This document shows, one piece after another, positions 51,621-64,000 of a stretch of 64,000 nucleotides of DNA. The notes under the pieces were generated by a model, which saw nothing but the letters and a program-made list of their open reading frames with translations, had not been told where the DNA came from and ran no database searches. Position 1 is the first letter of the stretch; each line of letters opens with the position of its first letter. This DNA is from Octopus vulgaris (taxonomy: Eukaryota): NCBI GenBank assembly GCA_951406725.2, contig OX597815.1, positions 78,492,001-78,556,000 on the forward strand, read 5' to 3'. Made by a program: the position numbers and the translations under genes.

Positions 51621-53321
51621 AGGCAAATCCACCAGCATCGGCGATAAATTATCCACAACAAATATGTAACAAAAAAAAAAATAATAATAACCCAGGAAAG
51701 ATTTGCTTTATGAGGGCAAAAAATTGTCTTATTCCTACGGATATTATAATGAAAATGAGATGGAAATATGAAAGACTGACGAAGAAAAAGTACTATATGA
51801 TTACAATTAGCTGAAGGGTCACCAGATTTTATAGGCAATTCGCCCCTTACACTTCTGACTTAGGACATAACTACACACACACACATACCTATGCACACAC
51901 ATGATAATATCAATTCCCACGTCACTCAAGATCACTTTACACGAAATCATTCAAAACTTAAGCAGTAATTTTTTCATCAGGAATCAAACCTAAAAACTAT
52001 CATAGAATTTTCTTTTGATATTTATTGTAAGATCTAACAAACACATTCATGCTTTCCCAAACAATACCAGTTGTCGCATCCAAAATCAATGAGAACTGAT
52101 TTTACTTATGTCTTCAATTTCTTCTTTCAGAAAAGATGGAACAATGGCATCGCTTATAAGTGCTATAAACTTTGAAACTGCATTTTGTTATATGCAGTTT
52201 CAAACCAAATGCAAGTGATGATAAAAAGAATTCTTCCAAGTTCTCCAGAGTAATCAACACCACGATTACTTGCTAACAAGCTATAAACGCTGCTAACTCT
52301 TGTCCTAATACTGTTGTTTTGCAACTGGAAATAGCTATGAAGGTTTGTTACGAATATTAGTTTAATACAGTATTTTCTTTTTCCTTTTTTTTTTATGCTT
52401 ACGTTTAGCGGAAGAAGCAAGCTTTGCTAAATCGGTTTTGTGAACTCGTATTTCAGTACTGCATATTTTACATAAATCTTCATTGCTATCGGATTTTATT
52501 TCTCTCACCCAAGTTGACAATTATGAGACTATCTGCAAAAACTTTTGGAACATTTTACAGTTTTTTTTTTACTAAATACTCATTGTATAAATGGGTATAG
52601 TTTTTGAATAATCGAAGTTCGTTAAAATACGTAGTGTATTCAGACTTTCACCATGTGACTGAATAACTGTTGGTAATAAGACCCGGTTCTCTTTATTATA
52701 CCAGGGAGCCTCAAAGTGGTCGTTCAGCATGTTAGAAATAGCAGCTGAACGTCTCACTTCTAAAAAGACACTGAAAAAATTTAATTAATCCACTGTCTTT
52801 AAGATTGCGTGTTAGAATTAATATGAATTTATTAATAAACACCTGCCATACCACAACTAGTGACGATTATCCGAAGGAGCAAACTATAGCTAAACAGGAC
52901 ACAGAGCATATATGTAGAGTATACGTGCTGGATATAATTTATTACACTAGCGCTACTTCCATTTCATGTTTGAATTTATTCTTACGTATCTATTGTCCGG
53001 GAAAATCAGCATATAGTTTTTACACTATAACTCATGGACTGGCTGTATGATTCACCTCCGATTCGGTTCAACTACATGATGTTCATAAACCCCAAAAATG
53101 GCAAAACAGCGATGACCATCACTCCTGAATGGGATCTGAGATGAGTTGCCTCGCCTATCCATGGCTCACAGTTGCCTTGAGAGAGTAATCTCCACCACGC
53201 TAATTCGCAGCCTAACAGCAAATACATAGGTCATATACGTTAAGTATATATGATCGATAATGTTTATTACACTAGCGCTGTTTCTATTCCAAGTTTGAAT
53301 GTATGTGTATGTGTGCGTGTG

Positions 53322-53352
<31 letters not shown>

Positions 53353-53360
53353 TTGTGTAT

Positions 53361-53567
53361 TCTTTTATTTGTTTCAGTCATTTGACTGCAGCCATGCTGA
53401 GCACCGCCTTAAAGGGTTTTAGTCGAACAAATCGACCCCAGGACTTATTCTTTGTAAGCTTAGTACTTATTTTATCGGTCTGGTTTGCCGCACCGCTAAA
53501 CTACGGGGACATAAACATACCAGCATCGGTTGTCAAGAGATAGCGGGAGGACACACACACACACATA

Positions 53568-53606
<39 letters not shown>

Positions 53607-53755
53607 GACGGGCTTCTTTCAGTTTCCATCTACCAAATCCACTCACAAGGCTTTGGTCGGTCCGAAGACTATACTAGAAGAAATTTGCCCAAGGTGCCAC
53701 GCAGTGGGACTAAACCCGGAACCATGTGGTTGGGCGGCAAGTTTCTTACCACACA
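53361..53755 (-). mobile_element. SINE family A
   Basis: Matches the family consensus with an internal CA/TA microsatellite. Confidence 0.9.
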
Positions 53756-53891
53756 TCTGCTGATGATGAAAGTGGTAACAAAAACAGGACAGTGAGAACA
53801 AGACAGTAAAAACAAACGGTGAGGACTGTTAAGCCAAGATGATGTGAAGATTATGAACGCTAGAAAAACGAGCTTTGAGAAGAGACAAGTA

Positions 53892-54384
53892 AAAGACATG
53901 CATAAGATCTGGTCATCAAATCTAAGTAGAGACTTCAAACTTGAAATATTCAAAGCCACAGTCGAACCAATTCTACTATATGGCTCAGAAACCTGGACGT
54001 TATCAAAGAAGCTTGAGAGGCGGTTGGATGGAACCTACACTCGCCTCCTTATGAGAGCTCAAAATCTCTCGTGGAAGCGCCATCCAACCAAAATGCAAAT
54101 ATATGGGAAATTACCACCTGTGTCATCTCTTGTGAAAGGTAGGAGAGTCCAGTTTGCTGGACATTGTTGTAGAGCTGAAAAAGAAGTAATTTCTACTCTT
54201 CTCCTCTGGAAGCCATCTACTCGCAATACCAGAGGGCGCACACTCTCCTACCCTGATGTAATCTTCAGGGATACAGGCATCCAGCAACAGGACCTCCGTA
54301 ATGCTATGATGGACCGTGAAGTCTGGCGTAACATAGTAAATTCCATTGTCTCGACCACGGTCGAACAATGATGATGAATGATGA
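53892..54384 (+). mobile_element. 5'-truncated RTE-clade LINE, uninterrupted C-terminal ORF, (TGA)n tail
   Basis: KIWSSNLSRDFKLEIFKATVEPILLYGSETWTL...RLDGTYTRLL...RRVQFAGHC.R...MMDREVWR. The stop at 54369-54371 runs directly into TGATGATGAATGATGA. Confidence 0.93.
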
Positions 54385-54665
54385 AAAGAACGTCTTGTCT
54401 TTATGTTGAATGTCTCGTTTCTGTTTTTTTTTTTCGTTGTTCGAAAAAAGTTCGTTTTCTATGTTTTTGTTTTTATGTATTCGTTTCTCACTGTGTCTAC
54501 GTTTTATTGATGTCCTGTACCCATATATGCATGTATATATACATATATATGTTGGTATGTACATGTAGGTATATATGCATATGATCGAACGCCACGCATC
54601 CTTTTCCAAGTAAGTTATATATATATACACACACACACATACACATACACGGACACACAAACACA

Positions 54666-54719
<54 letters not shown>

Positions 54720-54737
54720 CACACATATATATATATA

Positions 54738-56018
54738 CAGAGTGCGTAAGATATTTGAGCACAGATTTATATTTATAAAAAAAAAACAGATATATAATAG
54801 CAGATAATAACTCTATTTATCAAAAAATGCTATGAGGATAGAAATAAACCTTCTTTTCTATAATGCTATTCAATAAAATCACCTTCAGCTTCAACAACGG
54901 CTTCTATATGAGATCTAAATCATCTACATGTTCGAATCAAGTGGTCCTGGTTCATTTTGGACATTACTCTGACTATGGCGGCTTTCAGAGAATCTTTGGA
55001 GTCACGGGCGTGTTCCTTGACCTCTCTCCACATGTAATAGTCCAATGGATTGAAATTTGGGGAATTAGGAGGTCAAATGTCAAGGGTTATGTGATCATGA
55101 AAATTTTCAGCTATCCATTCCTGTGTTACTAGAGCCATGTGTGATAGTGCAGAGTCTTACTGAAATACTTATGGTCTTCCATTGCATACACTGTCAATAC
55201 AGGGCTTAACAATTATTTCCATGACCTCAATGTAGGCGGCAGAGTTAACTCTAAGGCCTTGTGGAAAGAAGTCAGGAGGCATCCTATATCCTTCATTGCT
55301 GACAACCTCTAAAACCATGACAGTTTCAGGAAATTTTGTATGCATAACACTTGGAACTTCAGAAGGGTCTGCAAATAAGCATCTGTCATTTCTTCTGTTA
55401 ACTTTTTGATCTTGGTCGAAGTTTTTCTTGTTTGAGAAAAACCAAATCAAATCATCTTCTGCTGGATTTTTCAGTTTGTTTAAGAGCTTTTTAGATCTGA
55501 TGTAGTGATTTTCTTTCGCTTTTTCGGACAAATTGACCTTTCCTCATCATATAAACTTATCTGATGTCTTCGTGGACAAAATTTCTGACTATTCCTTCTG
55601 ACACACGGAGATCGTTTGCAATTGACCTCATGACCTGGGATTGTAATCAATTGTCTGTTAAACTTGGATAAATTCAGGTGTTCTGATGATTTCAGAGCGT
55701 TTAGTATGCTTTTTATGTTTTGATATTGGTGATATGTTTCCAAATATTATCTATGTTTTGATATTGGTGATTTTTCTATCTTCAGTCTCTAGCTCCTTAC
55801 AAACTTTGTAGACGAAAGATCTGGCAACTTTTAAAAATTGAGATATTTCTAAATCGCTATGCTCAGCCTTTATAACCACAATAACAGCATACCTCTTCAT
55901 TTCTTGAGTAAGCTGAGGGTCTGCCATTATTATTTTCTGAAACAAAGTTTATACAGAGTTAGCAAAAAATGCCGCAACGACCCAAAAAGGTATGTCCTCA
56001 AACACCTTACGCACCCGG
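54738..56018 (-). mobile_element. Near full-length (1.28 kb) DD37D/maT-type Tc1/mariner element, inactive
   Basis: TA-flanked TIRs CAGAGTGCGTAAGATATTTGAG and CTCAAACACCTTACGCACCCGG. Transposase pieces include MADPQLTQEMKRYAV.., IWFFSNKKNFDQDQKVNRRNDR, TKFPETVMVL.VVSNEG and PPNSPNFNPLDYYMW. Confidence 0.9.
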
Positions 56019-56397
56019 TATATAAATACACAAACATACATTTATTTAACGTCAGAAGAATGTTTAAACATACGTGAGAATTCCCTCCAAAAATTATTCC
56101 ACATTCTCTCGAGGGTTTATAATATTCTTAAGGTCATAACAACATATAATTCTCGGTGGTAAGGAAAAGGGTTCTAAAATGAGTAGGAAAATCCGAAGGA
56201 TTGCTTTGATCCAAAGATAGAATACCAGTCGTGTCTACAGATGAGGGTTGGAGTCCCGCGAGTCGTCTTCCACTTTTTCTATGCAATAGTGTTTTCCAAC
56301 CCAGTATTTACATGCTGTTATTTATAGCGTTTATGTGATTCGAGAACCAATTCCCAAAAAGAATTTTACACACGCTCGCGCGCGCACACTATCATCT

Positions 56398-56526
56398 ATT
56401 TGTATGTATGTATGTATGTATGTATGTATGTATGTATGTATGTATGTATGTATGTATGTATGTATGTATGTATGTATGTATGCATGTATGTAAGCATGCA
56501 TGCATGTATCTATGTATGTATGTATG

Positions 56527-56557
<31 letters not shown>

Positions 56558-56592
56558 GCATGCATGCATGCATGTATGTATGCATGTATGTA
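56398..56592. repeat. (TATG)n/(CATG)n array adjoining a decayed family A SINE head (56600-56735, minus)
   Basis: Direct reading. Confidence 0.9.
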
Positions 56593-58368
56593 CAGAATAC
56601 AAGCTTCCACACAGTTTCTGTCAGCCAAATTTACTCATCAATTATTAGTCTGCTCGGACCTGGACCTATAGTAGAACACGCTGCAGGACGGAACCCGAAA
56701 TGAAGTGGTTGCGAAGCGAACTTCATAACCCCCAGAGTAGGAAAAAAAAAGAGTGAATTGTAGTCCTAAAATTATAACAGGCATTTCCTAAAAAGTAAAA
56801 ATCAGATTCTGCTATTTTTATCTCAACATAGCAACGCTGTTTATTCGAGTCCAAAAGGATTAAATGAAAAGTTGATCTTGGCGGGATTTAGTCTAAATTT
56901 TTACTTTTACTGCCACTCACTTCTCTGATATAACAATTTGGCAGATCGAGGATGAAAAGCATAAAAGTATTCGAGTCGTGACCTTTTCACCAAATACTGC
57001 ATTAGCCAATGTATCCTTTGGACGTATTTTGAGGGAAATTTTGGTAGCTATTTTTAGTAGATCAATCAAGGTTAACTTATTAACTGGTAAAAGGGGTGGG
57101 CGTCTCATGTTAGTCAACATTTCGAGGTAAACTTCAGTATCTTCAGACTTTGTAAGCCATTTTGTTTTTCGGAGCCATTGGACGAAGAGTGAAATACCAC
57201 TATTCTGTACACTAAATCAGTGTTCCTCAAAATGGCCCATATGAAACCCCGCCCCACCACTGCCAGTTATTACCGAATTGTTATGCTCCACTCTTACATT
57301 TTTATTAATTAAAAGTCAGAATATGGTTTACATCCGTATAATTGTTCTTCGCCATTGTGATGGACGTGTGTAAGATGTTTAAAACTATCTTCAAGTGCCA
57401 GGGTCGATGTACTCGACTAACCTGAACCCTAGTGCCGTCTTAAGGCATGCGCACACTTGGAAGTTGCCCGATGGCCTCACTAGTCTAGGGGTTTAATTAT
57501 GATCTATATATGCCGCGGCTTGCTGTCAGTTAGTAAATACTAGAGGGCTCAGAGCATTGATTTACCCACAGGCCTATAGTACTACATAGATGACCCTGTC
57601 CAAAACCCTAAAAATTACTGACATTGTGTGTAAATTAGAAACATTTCTATTAATCATAGCACTTTGTTTATCTCTCCCCAATCCTTACAGACTCCAGCCC
57701 TTTATGAGAAACGTTTCATTTGTATACACAATCATATACAACGTTAAAATTCGCTTTTCCTCACTACAAGCCAATATAATCCATTTAAGAAAACCCTAAC
57801 CCTAACTACATCTTGTCTTCCATTATAATTCCATTCGTATCTAAGATAGATGTCTTCTAACAATATAAACTGACCCCTGATATTTGACTGTTAGTTTATT
57901 TTACAACTTCAGAAGAATGAACGTGGATCTTGAAAGGATTTGAACTCAAACTGCAAAATATTTTGACAGACGCTCTACCAGTTCTGCCCCGAGCTCCCCA
58001 CCACCATCACTTTTTTTTTGCTGACTTTTTATTCCTCTTTTCCACTAACAGAGTACTCTTTTCATCTTCTGGCAATTGTTCTTTAACCCAGGTCAATCCT
58101 AATCAAGACGATCTGTGATCGAAGTCAACGACATTAATGTGAGGATTATTCCGCCATTTTTTTTTCAGACATAGTGCATCTTAGGACTCCATTATGCAAT
58201 ATTGCCTTCCATTTTTTTTCAAGCTGGTGGCATGAGATTTGTTGAGGATATTGCTCTTATTTCTGCCACGACCATGTAGAGGCCCCTCGTTGGCTCGATT
58301 CACTTCTAAAGATTTACTTTGGCATGTTGTTATCGACTAGAATAACTACATCATTCCAAGGCGTATAT

Positions 58369-58420
<52 letters not shown>

Positions 58421-58824
58421 CTCAGAACCAAAACATTTTGGGAAGATCCTGTGTAAAACACGAAGATAGAAACACTAAGGAAGGACATAGATTGCGTTTG
58501 GATATGAGTTCGCTTGAATTCTTAGAATGCATGCACACACACAGACCCAGAGTCACATTCACCCGCGCGCTAAATATGTGTGCGTGTCTAAGTGTGTGTG
58601 TGTGTGTGTATGTGTGTGTTTAAACATTCATAGTGTTTTCTTACTCTCTCTCTCTCTCTTTGCCACTCTCTTAACTTCGTTTCTCTCTCATACACACATA
58701 CAAATATAGTACTAGTATGTATGAGCGTACAAATTCATTTGCAGGAATTATAGTTAGGTTTCACCACTCACCCACCCACCGTATGTTTTTATGTGTGTGA
58801 GAGAGAAAGACAGAAAGAGAAAGA

Positions 58825-58859
<35 letters not shown>

Positions 58860-59008
58860 GGAGAGAGAGAGAGAGAACTTACATACATATATACTTATAT
58901 TAGGCTACGTAAACAAATGTAACATTGAGATATTATTTTTTTCTACGCTATCTTTTTCTTCCAAAATTATTCACCACTTAAAAATATTTACCAACCCGCA
59001 TACTTAAT

Positions 59009-59009
59009 A

Positions 59010-59077
<68 letters not shown>

Positions 59078-59086
59078 ATGGATAGG

Positions 59087-59167
<81 letters not shown>

Positions 59168-59228
59168 GGATGGATGGATGGATGGATGGATGGATGGATG
59201 GATGGATGGATGGATGGATGGATGGATG

Positions 59229-59319
<91 letters not shown>

Positions 59320-59322
59320 GGA
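59009..59322. repeat. (TATC)n abutting inverted (GATA)n/(GATG)n
   Basis: Orientation switches at about 59077-59085. Confidence 0.95.
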
Positions 59323-59849
59323 TCGCGGTAAGAATTTTCGACAAGGAGTATTAAGATGTTGGATCAAGTGGACTACGAAGCTTATTGAATTACATATATA
59401 TTTCCCCCTCTCAGTTGTGTGTGTGCGTGTGCGAGTATGCGCGTGTATGTGCGTTAGGAAGCCCAGTTGTGAGAGAAATATATAAATCCAGATACATTAA
59501 TGCTTTATAAGTAAGAGTGGTGGGATACTTCCATGGTCTGTTGAGTGCTTCTCGGTAAAGACACCCAGCTTCATTTCCCAATCAATAGCATAAAATATTC
59601 AGTTCTTATATATAGCAATCATAAATTCAACTAAGACCATAGTATACAGCGTAGTTTGCACATTAGAAAAGAAACCGAATATATTATACATCAAGTGTAT
59701 TTGTTTACATAGATTTTTAATGAGTAAAAAAAGTGAGTTAAAATTATACTGATACGGTTCTGATACAGAAAAACCTTCAAATTAAAGCCTGTTGTGGAAC
59801 ACACACAAATCCTGATTCACTCGGATCACGGGAGAAGCGCCGTCTCCTA

Positions 59850-60270
59850 ATAGCTATTCTCTGAACAACTGGTGCGCGAACAGACTAGATCCCTTCACTC
59901 AAGTTATGCTTGTTACTGCTACCCACTGCCTTTTACTAGAGGAAGAGCATCTCCTTCGCCTCATTCAGCTTCGTTTCTAAATAGAACTTCGAGAAGTCGA
60001 TGGTGGTTTACTTAACCGAAGAGAGAAGTGTATATATTCAGTCTTTTCAGCATCCATACAACCTCTTTTACTATAGATACCAACCAGAGAAAAATGCTTG
60101 CTCTTTCCGTTAAAAGAAGCGGGGCGGGTGATCTTCACGAGATACTCGGTCGATAGCCTGATCCATACTACAAACGACAACGTTCAGCAATGACCTGGCA
60201 CTGGACGAGTGAGTGCTGTCAATGGAAGGTCTTGGCGCATGCGCATTGTTTGTTCTTGATTTTGTCCACT
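59850..60270 (-). mobile_element. Tx1/L1-like LINE 3' fragment (related to 9390-10150)
   Basis: IRLSTEYLVKITRPASFNGKSK and TIDFSKFYLETKLNEAKE align with SADS.VKIVHSPSFSRE and LNFFRFHLKRKMRVKRE. Confidence 0.62.
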
Positions 60271-60339
60271 ACACAGTATAGTAGGGTCAGTTGGGCAGCG
60301 TCTGTGAGAAAGACAACACGCTGATGCAATTCATTCTGT

Positions 60340-60845
60340 CTTAAATTTGGAAACGACATGCTGTACTGCTTGGCATTCGCGCCGGAAGCTCCGATACGAA
60401 CATTTCAGAGTGTTTGTGTGTCAATCAGAGGACAGTGAAATCTGAGGATATGTACCGAGAATGATAAAAATCAAACATCCAGTCAACATCATGGTGTTAG
60501 GAGTGATCACTAGAGATGGCGACGTTATGCCTCAATTCATCTTCCTACACAGCATCAGACTCAATACAGAGGCCTACATCAAGTACCTGGAGGAGTTAGT
60601 GCTGCCCTGGGTCAAGAGGGTATCTGCTTCAAGATCCTATGTCTGGCAACAGGACTCTGTACCATGCTACATAAGCTGGAGAACCCAGTCATGGCTGTCA
60701 GACAGTTTCTGCGACCACACCACCTCTAACATCTGACCACCTAACTCCCCAGACTGCAACCTCCTTGATTATTATGTGTGGGGCTTCGTTGAGCGAGAGA
60801 CCAACAAAACTCCTTGTAACACTAAAGATGAACTGAAACAAAAAA
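60340..60845 (+). mobile_element. DD37D/maT transposase relic, internally deleted (third subfamily)
   Basis: HPVNIMVLGVITRDG...YVWQQD-[37 residues, counted, including one TGA]-D in PPNSPDCNLLDYYVW. The N-terminus reads IWKRHAVLLGIRAG. Confidence 0.9.
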
Positions 60846-60849
60846 TCAT

Positions 60850-61072
60850 ATTGCCTCTGGCTAAGAAGGAATATATTCACAGATACGACAGAGCTGGGAC
60901 CTATACACACAGGAAGCTATGCCAACACTATGGAATAACAGCAGAAAGAAGATGGTATAGGCACACTCCAGAAAAGATCACAGAAAATGAGAAAACAACC
61001 ATACTCTGGGATATGCCAATACATACAGATAGAGAAATTAAGGAAAATATTCCGGATATAGTTGTCAGAGAT
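60850..61072 (+). mobile_element. R4/Dong-clade non-LTR retrotransposon fragment (restriction-like endonuclease region)
   Basis: LAKKEYIHRYD...HRKLCQHYG....WYRHTPEKITENEKTTILWDMPIHTDREIKENIPDIVVRD (RHD/N...PDIV RLE motif). Confidence 0.88.
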
Positions 61073-61109
61073 CTAACAATTCTGCCAGATCATCGCCTTA
61101 ATAATAATA

Positions 61110-61323
61110 ATCCTTTCTACTATAGGCACAAGGCCTGAAATTTGGGGAAGGATGATAGTCGATTACATCGACCCCAGTACTCAACTGGTACTTAATTTAT
61201 CGACCTCGAAAGGATGAAAGGCAAAGTCGACTACGGCGGAATTTGAACTCAGAATGTAGCGGCAGACGAAATACCGCTAAGTATTTTGCCCGACGTGCTA
61301 ACAATTCCGCCAGATTGCCGCCT
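61110..61323 (-). mobile_element. SINE family B followed by (AAT)n to ~61423
   Basis: Family B motifs, with the same tail type as 49118-49336. Confidence 0.88.
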
Positions 61324-61324
61324 T

Positions 61325-61410
<86 letters not shown>

Positions 61411-61953
61411 TAATAATAATAATGAGTATGAGGAATTACAGTCGTAATGCCAATTTTACGCATCAAAACACACGTTATACTAAATAACAACAAACATAAA
61501 GCCTTGTAGCTTTTATAGACATTTACACATACTTTTTCTCTTCAATCCGTCACGTTCAACAGAACCTTATCTTTGATGAAATAGGAGTGATTTTTACCCA
61601 GAATGTATGGAAAATTGCAGGTTTTTGATCAAAAATAGGAGGGTGACTCTTACATGAGATCGACTTTTACACGAGTGTATACGGTATTTTCCTGTATGTC
61701 ATAAACTATGTTAGATGTTCTCTGAATCATAAACTAGTTTGGGAAGTCTATCAGCTGGTTGGTAAGTAACTGCTAAATTGTCTGTGATTCTCATGGGACG
61801 ATGGCAGAAACTAGATTGTTCAGTTTATCTAGCGAAAAGACGTTTATATTTGTTAATTCGATTTTCAAAAATAGTTCGGAGTTCACGCTCGACAAGCGAT
61901 AGATGTGTGACAGAATACGTTCTTTATAGTATTTGAGGCTACATTTATAGATG

Positions 61954-62006
<53 letters not shown>

Positions 62007-62152
62007 AAGGTTTTCTTCTTAATATTCTTGAAGAATCGTCTAAGCAGTTTTTAAATTAATTTGACTTAAATAAATTCAATCTAAATTATATATCACAATT
62101 ATGTAACTATTTGTCTGATAGTGCTTACCTTCGCGAGAAATGAAACAGCTAC

Positions 62153-62186
<34 letters not shown>

Positions 62187-62289
62187 GACATGACAGAAGT
62201 AAATCTGAAGTTATACATTCAAGTTATTTATTAATTATTATAATGTGAATATCTAATATTTAGTAGGCATGCCAATTGCATTTTTCAGT

Positions 62290-62965
62290 GCAAGGACTCT
62301 ATTAGGCATGCTACTGATCAGATAACGAATATTCTCTTAACGAATTACATGCAATGTTTCATGTAGTAATCTCAAAAACAATCTGGATTTGAAGATTCTT
62401 TCTTAATCTCTTTTTCAAAGTGTCCCTAAGGTGTTCAGTAGGATTCATATCTGGTGACTGGCTTGGCCATGGAAGCTTTCTAATGCCATTCTCTTCCAAC
62501 CAATCTTGGGTCTCCAGACCCACACTCGACCATTGTCAGAAAATACAGCAAATCTGGACTCATCAGAGAATATGACTGTGTCCCAAAATGCTAGTGACTT
62601 CTCCACCATCTAGCTGGCCCAATATTTTCTCCGCTTCATATTGGCTGCTTGAAGAAGTGGCTTCCTTCTTGGCTATAGTAGCCAAGTTTGTGAAGATATC
62701 TGACCGGTGTTCTAGGACTGACATCAACATGTTTTGCTATGTCAGAGGCCTTTCAATGTTTTCTGCGATTTTACGTTGACTAAGTCCACCTTCAGATTCA
62801 CCCACAATACGGCCTCTTTGAAATTCGTACAGTTCCAAGGCTTCTTTTGTACGTAGCATGATTAAACAGTCAAATATAGAACCTGAATCATAAAAATGTA
62901 AATTAATAAAAAAAAATAAGCCATTTCAAGTTAAAATAAACAAAAACAATGTTTTATGGGGTGTC
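62290..62965 (-). mobile_element. Tc1-type (DD34E) transposon relic, internally deleted
   Basis: [12 protein letters not shown]...GLSQRKIAE (paired-like HTH), WDTVIFSDESRF...NGRVWVW, and WLEENGIRKLPWPSQSPDMNPTEH. Confidence 0.87.
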
Positions 62966-63479
62966 TATTTACTTCTGCCATGTCTGTGTGTATGTGTGCG
63001 TGCTTGTGCGTGTGTGTGTGTGTATATAAATGCATATATGCTTGTATATGTATATACATATACATACATATGTAGTGAAGCAATTATATAACTGTCGAAC
63101 CATTTTAACCATTTAAGAGCATACACACAAGCGCACGCGCACACACATTCTTTTTCTTTCAATCCATAAGGTGTCAGAAATTTTCATCCGATTTCATCAA
63201 TCTGGTCTTTGACACAATTCTACTGGAACTGTTGCGAATTGGTTTCTGACAAGTTTTAATAGGTCCCAAGAAGTTTTCCCTTCCTCGTCTTTCCTTTTAT
63301 ATTTTTGTTAAACCTTCAGACACAGACCTACGGCATAGTTATTAGTTGACCTTTTGACACGAGCCACTGTCAGTTGCTGTACGTTGTTTTGTTTGTCAAT
63401 AGACATGTTTCATTGCTGCAATTTTATTTTTTCTGCACTTTTGCCTTTCCTCCTTTATTTTGTCATGGTGGTTGCCTTT

Positions 63480-63880
63480 TTAACATATGGAGACGTCATG
63501 CGTAAATGTATACATAAAATATGTGAAATATATGCTCATAGTATAAAGCAATTGAAGTTAGATTCTTGGTAAGTTAATGTCTTCAACCTTATGGTAAAAC
63601 GAAAGTAAAGCAGATAAAATAGGGGAAATGGTGGTATGGAAACGTAGAAATACATGCTCAAACAGAAGAGCTTAACTTTAAAGTAACATACGAAGGCCCA
63701 TGCTATGCAGTAAGCATCTATCAGAAGGTTAAGATAATAGAAGTTTTTTTTTAAAGAAAGTAAAAAAGAAAAAGTAAAGATGCCAATAGCAACATGCCAG
63801 TAAATAATATTCAGCAATTGCAGCGGAATTGTGGAAATGAAAGTTGACACAAAAAAATATATGGAAAGTCAATATAACAG
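63480..63880 (-). pseudogene. Possible decayed class-A (rhodopsin-like) GPCR fragment, TM5-TM7
   Basis: IYFFVSTFISTIPLQLLNIIYWHVAI (TM5-like P..Y), LLIDAYCIAWAF (TM6 CWxP-like) and LTYQESNFNCFIL*AY (TM7 NPxxY-like) occur in correct order and spacing. A T-rich strand could mimic the hydrophobicity. Confidence 0.35.
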
Positions 63881-64000
63881 CTTTTGTGCGTTCTTATATC
63901 GCTAAACTAACTCTTCTATAAGGTGTGTGTGTGTGCGTGCGTGTGTGTGTATTTATTCAGACATAAATTCGAAGCTGTACATCGTCGAGGCATGCCAGTA

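Noticed and set aside
52171-52204. 13-bp stem hairpin TTTGAAACTGCAT/ATGCAGTTTCAAA
   Set aside because: Too short for a pre-miRNA, AT-rich, and with no supporting context. A bacterial-style terminator call is inappropriate here.
52890-53300. Diverged ~85-bp direct repeat (TTTATTACACTAGCGCT core at ~52938 and ~53263)
   Set aside because: Only two degenerate copies and no LTR hallmarks (TG..CA, PBS, PPT) that I could identify.
60776-61138. ORF apparently fusing a DD37D transposase C-terminus to an R4/Dong endonuclease
   Set aside because: Both parts are short decayed fragments, the upstream transposase has a stop, and the ORF ends in SINE sequence. It is a chance in-frame junction, not a fusion gene.

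Overview
This is repeat-dense, AT-rich eukaryotic DNA, not prokaryotic. The SINE families and extreme microsatellite load point to an octopus or other coleoid cephalopod intron or intergenic region (inference). I found no intact host gene, real tRNA gene, full rRNA gene or CRISPR array, and most ORF-track entries are microsatellite artefacts. The window holds three tRNA-derived SINE families, labelled A, B and C here. LINE and Penelope fragments include RTE (x3), CR1-like (x2), Tx1/L1-like (x2), R4/Dong and Penelope GIY-YIG (x2). DNA transposon relics include a mariner, four DD37D/maT-type copies, Tc1, Tigger/pogo, Helitron and hAT-like MITEs. The most notable observations are: (1) a SINE carrying a ~110-nt sense-oriented 28S rRNA fragment joined at a 6-nt microhomology; (2) at least four independent, locally templated inverted duplications or insertions, two with recognisable microhomology junctions; (3) a recurrent dimer junction in family-B SINEs; (4) a ~550-bp element sitting twice within (AAT)n; (5) a possible decayed class-A GPCR fragment at the right edge. 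I cannot support a claim of a new multi-gene system. The best leads are mechanistic signatures of retrotransposition and DNA repair.
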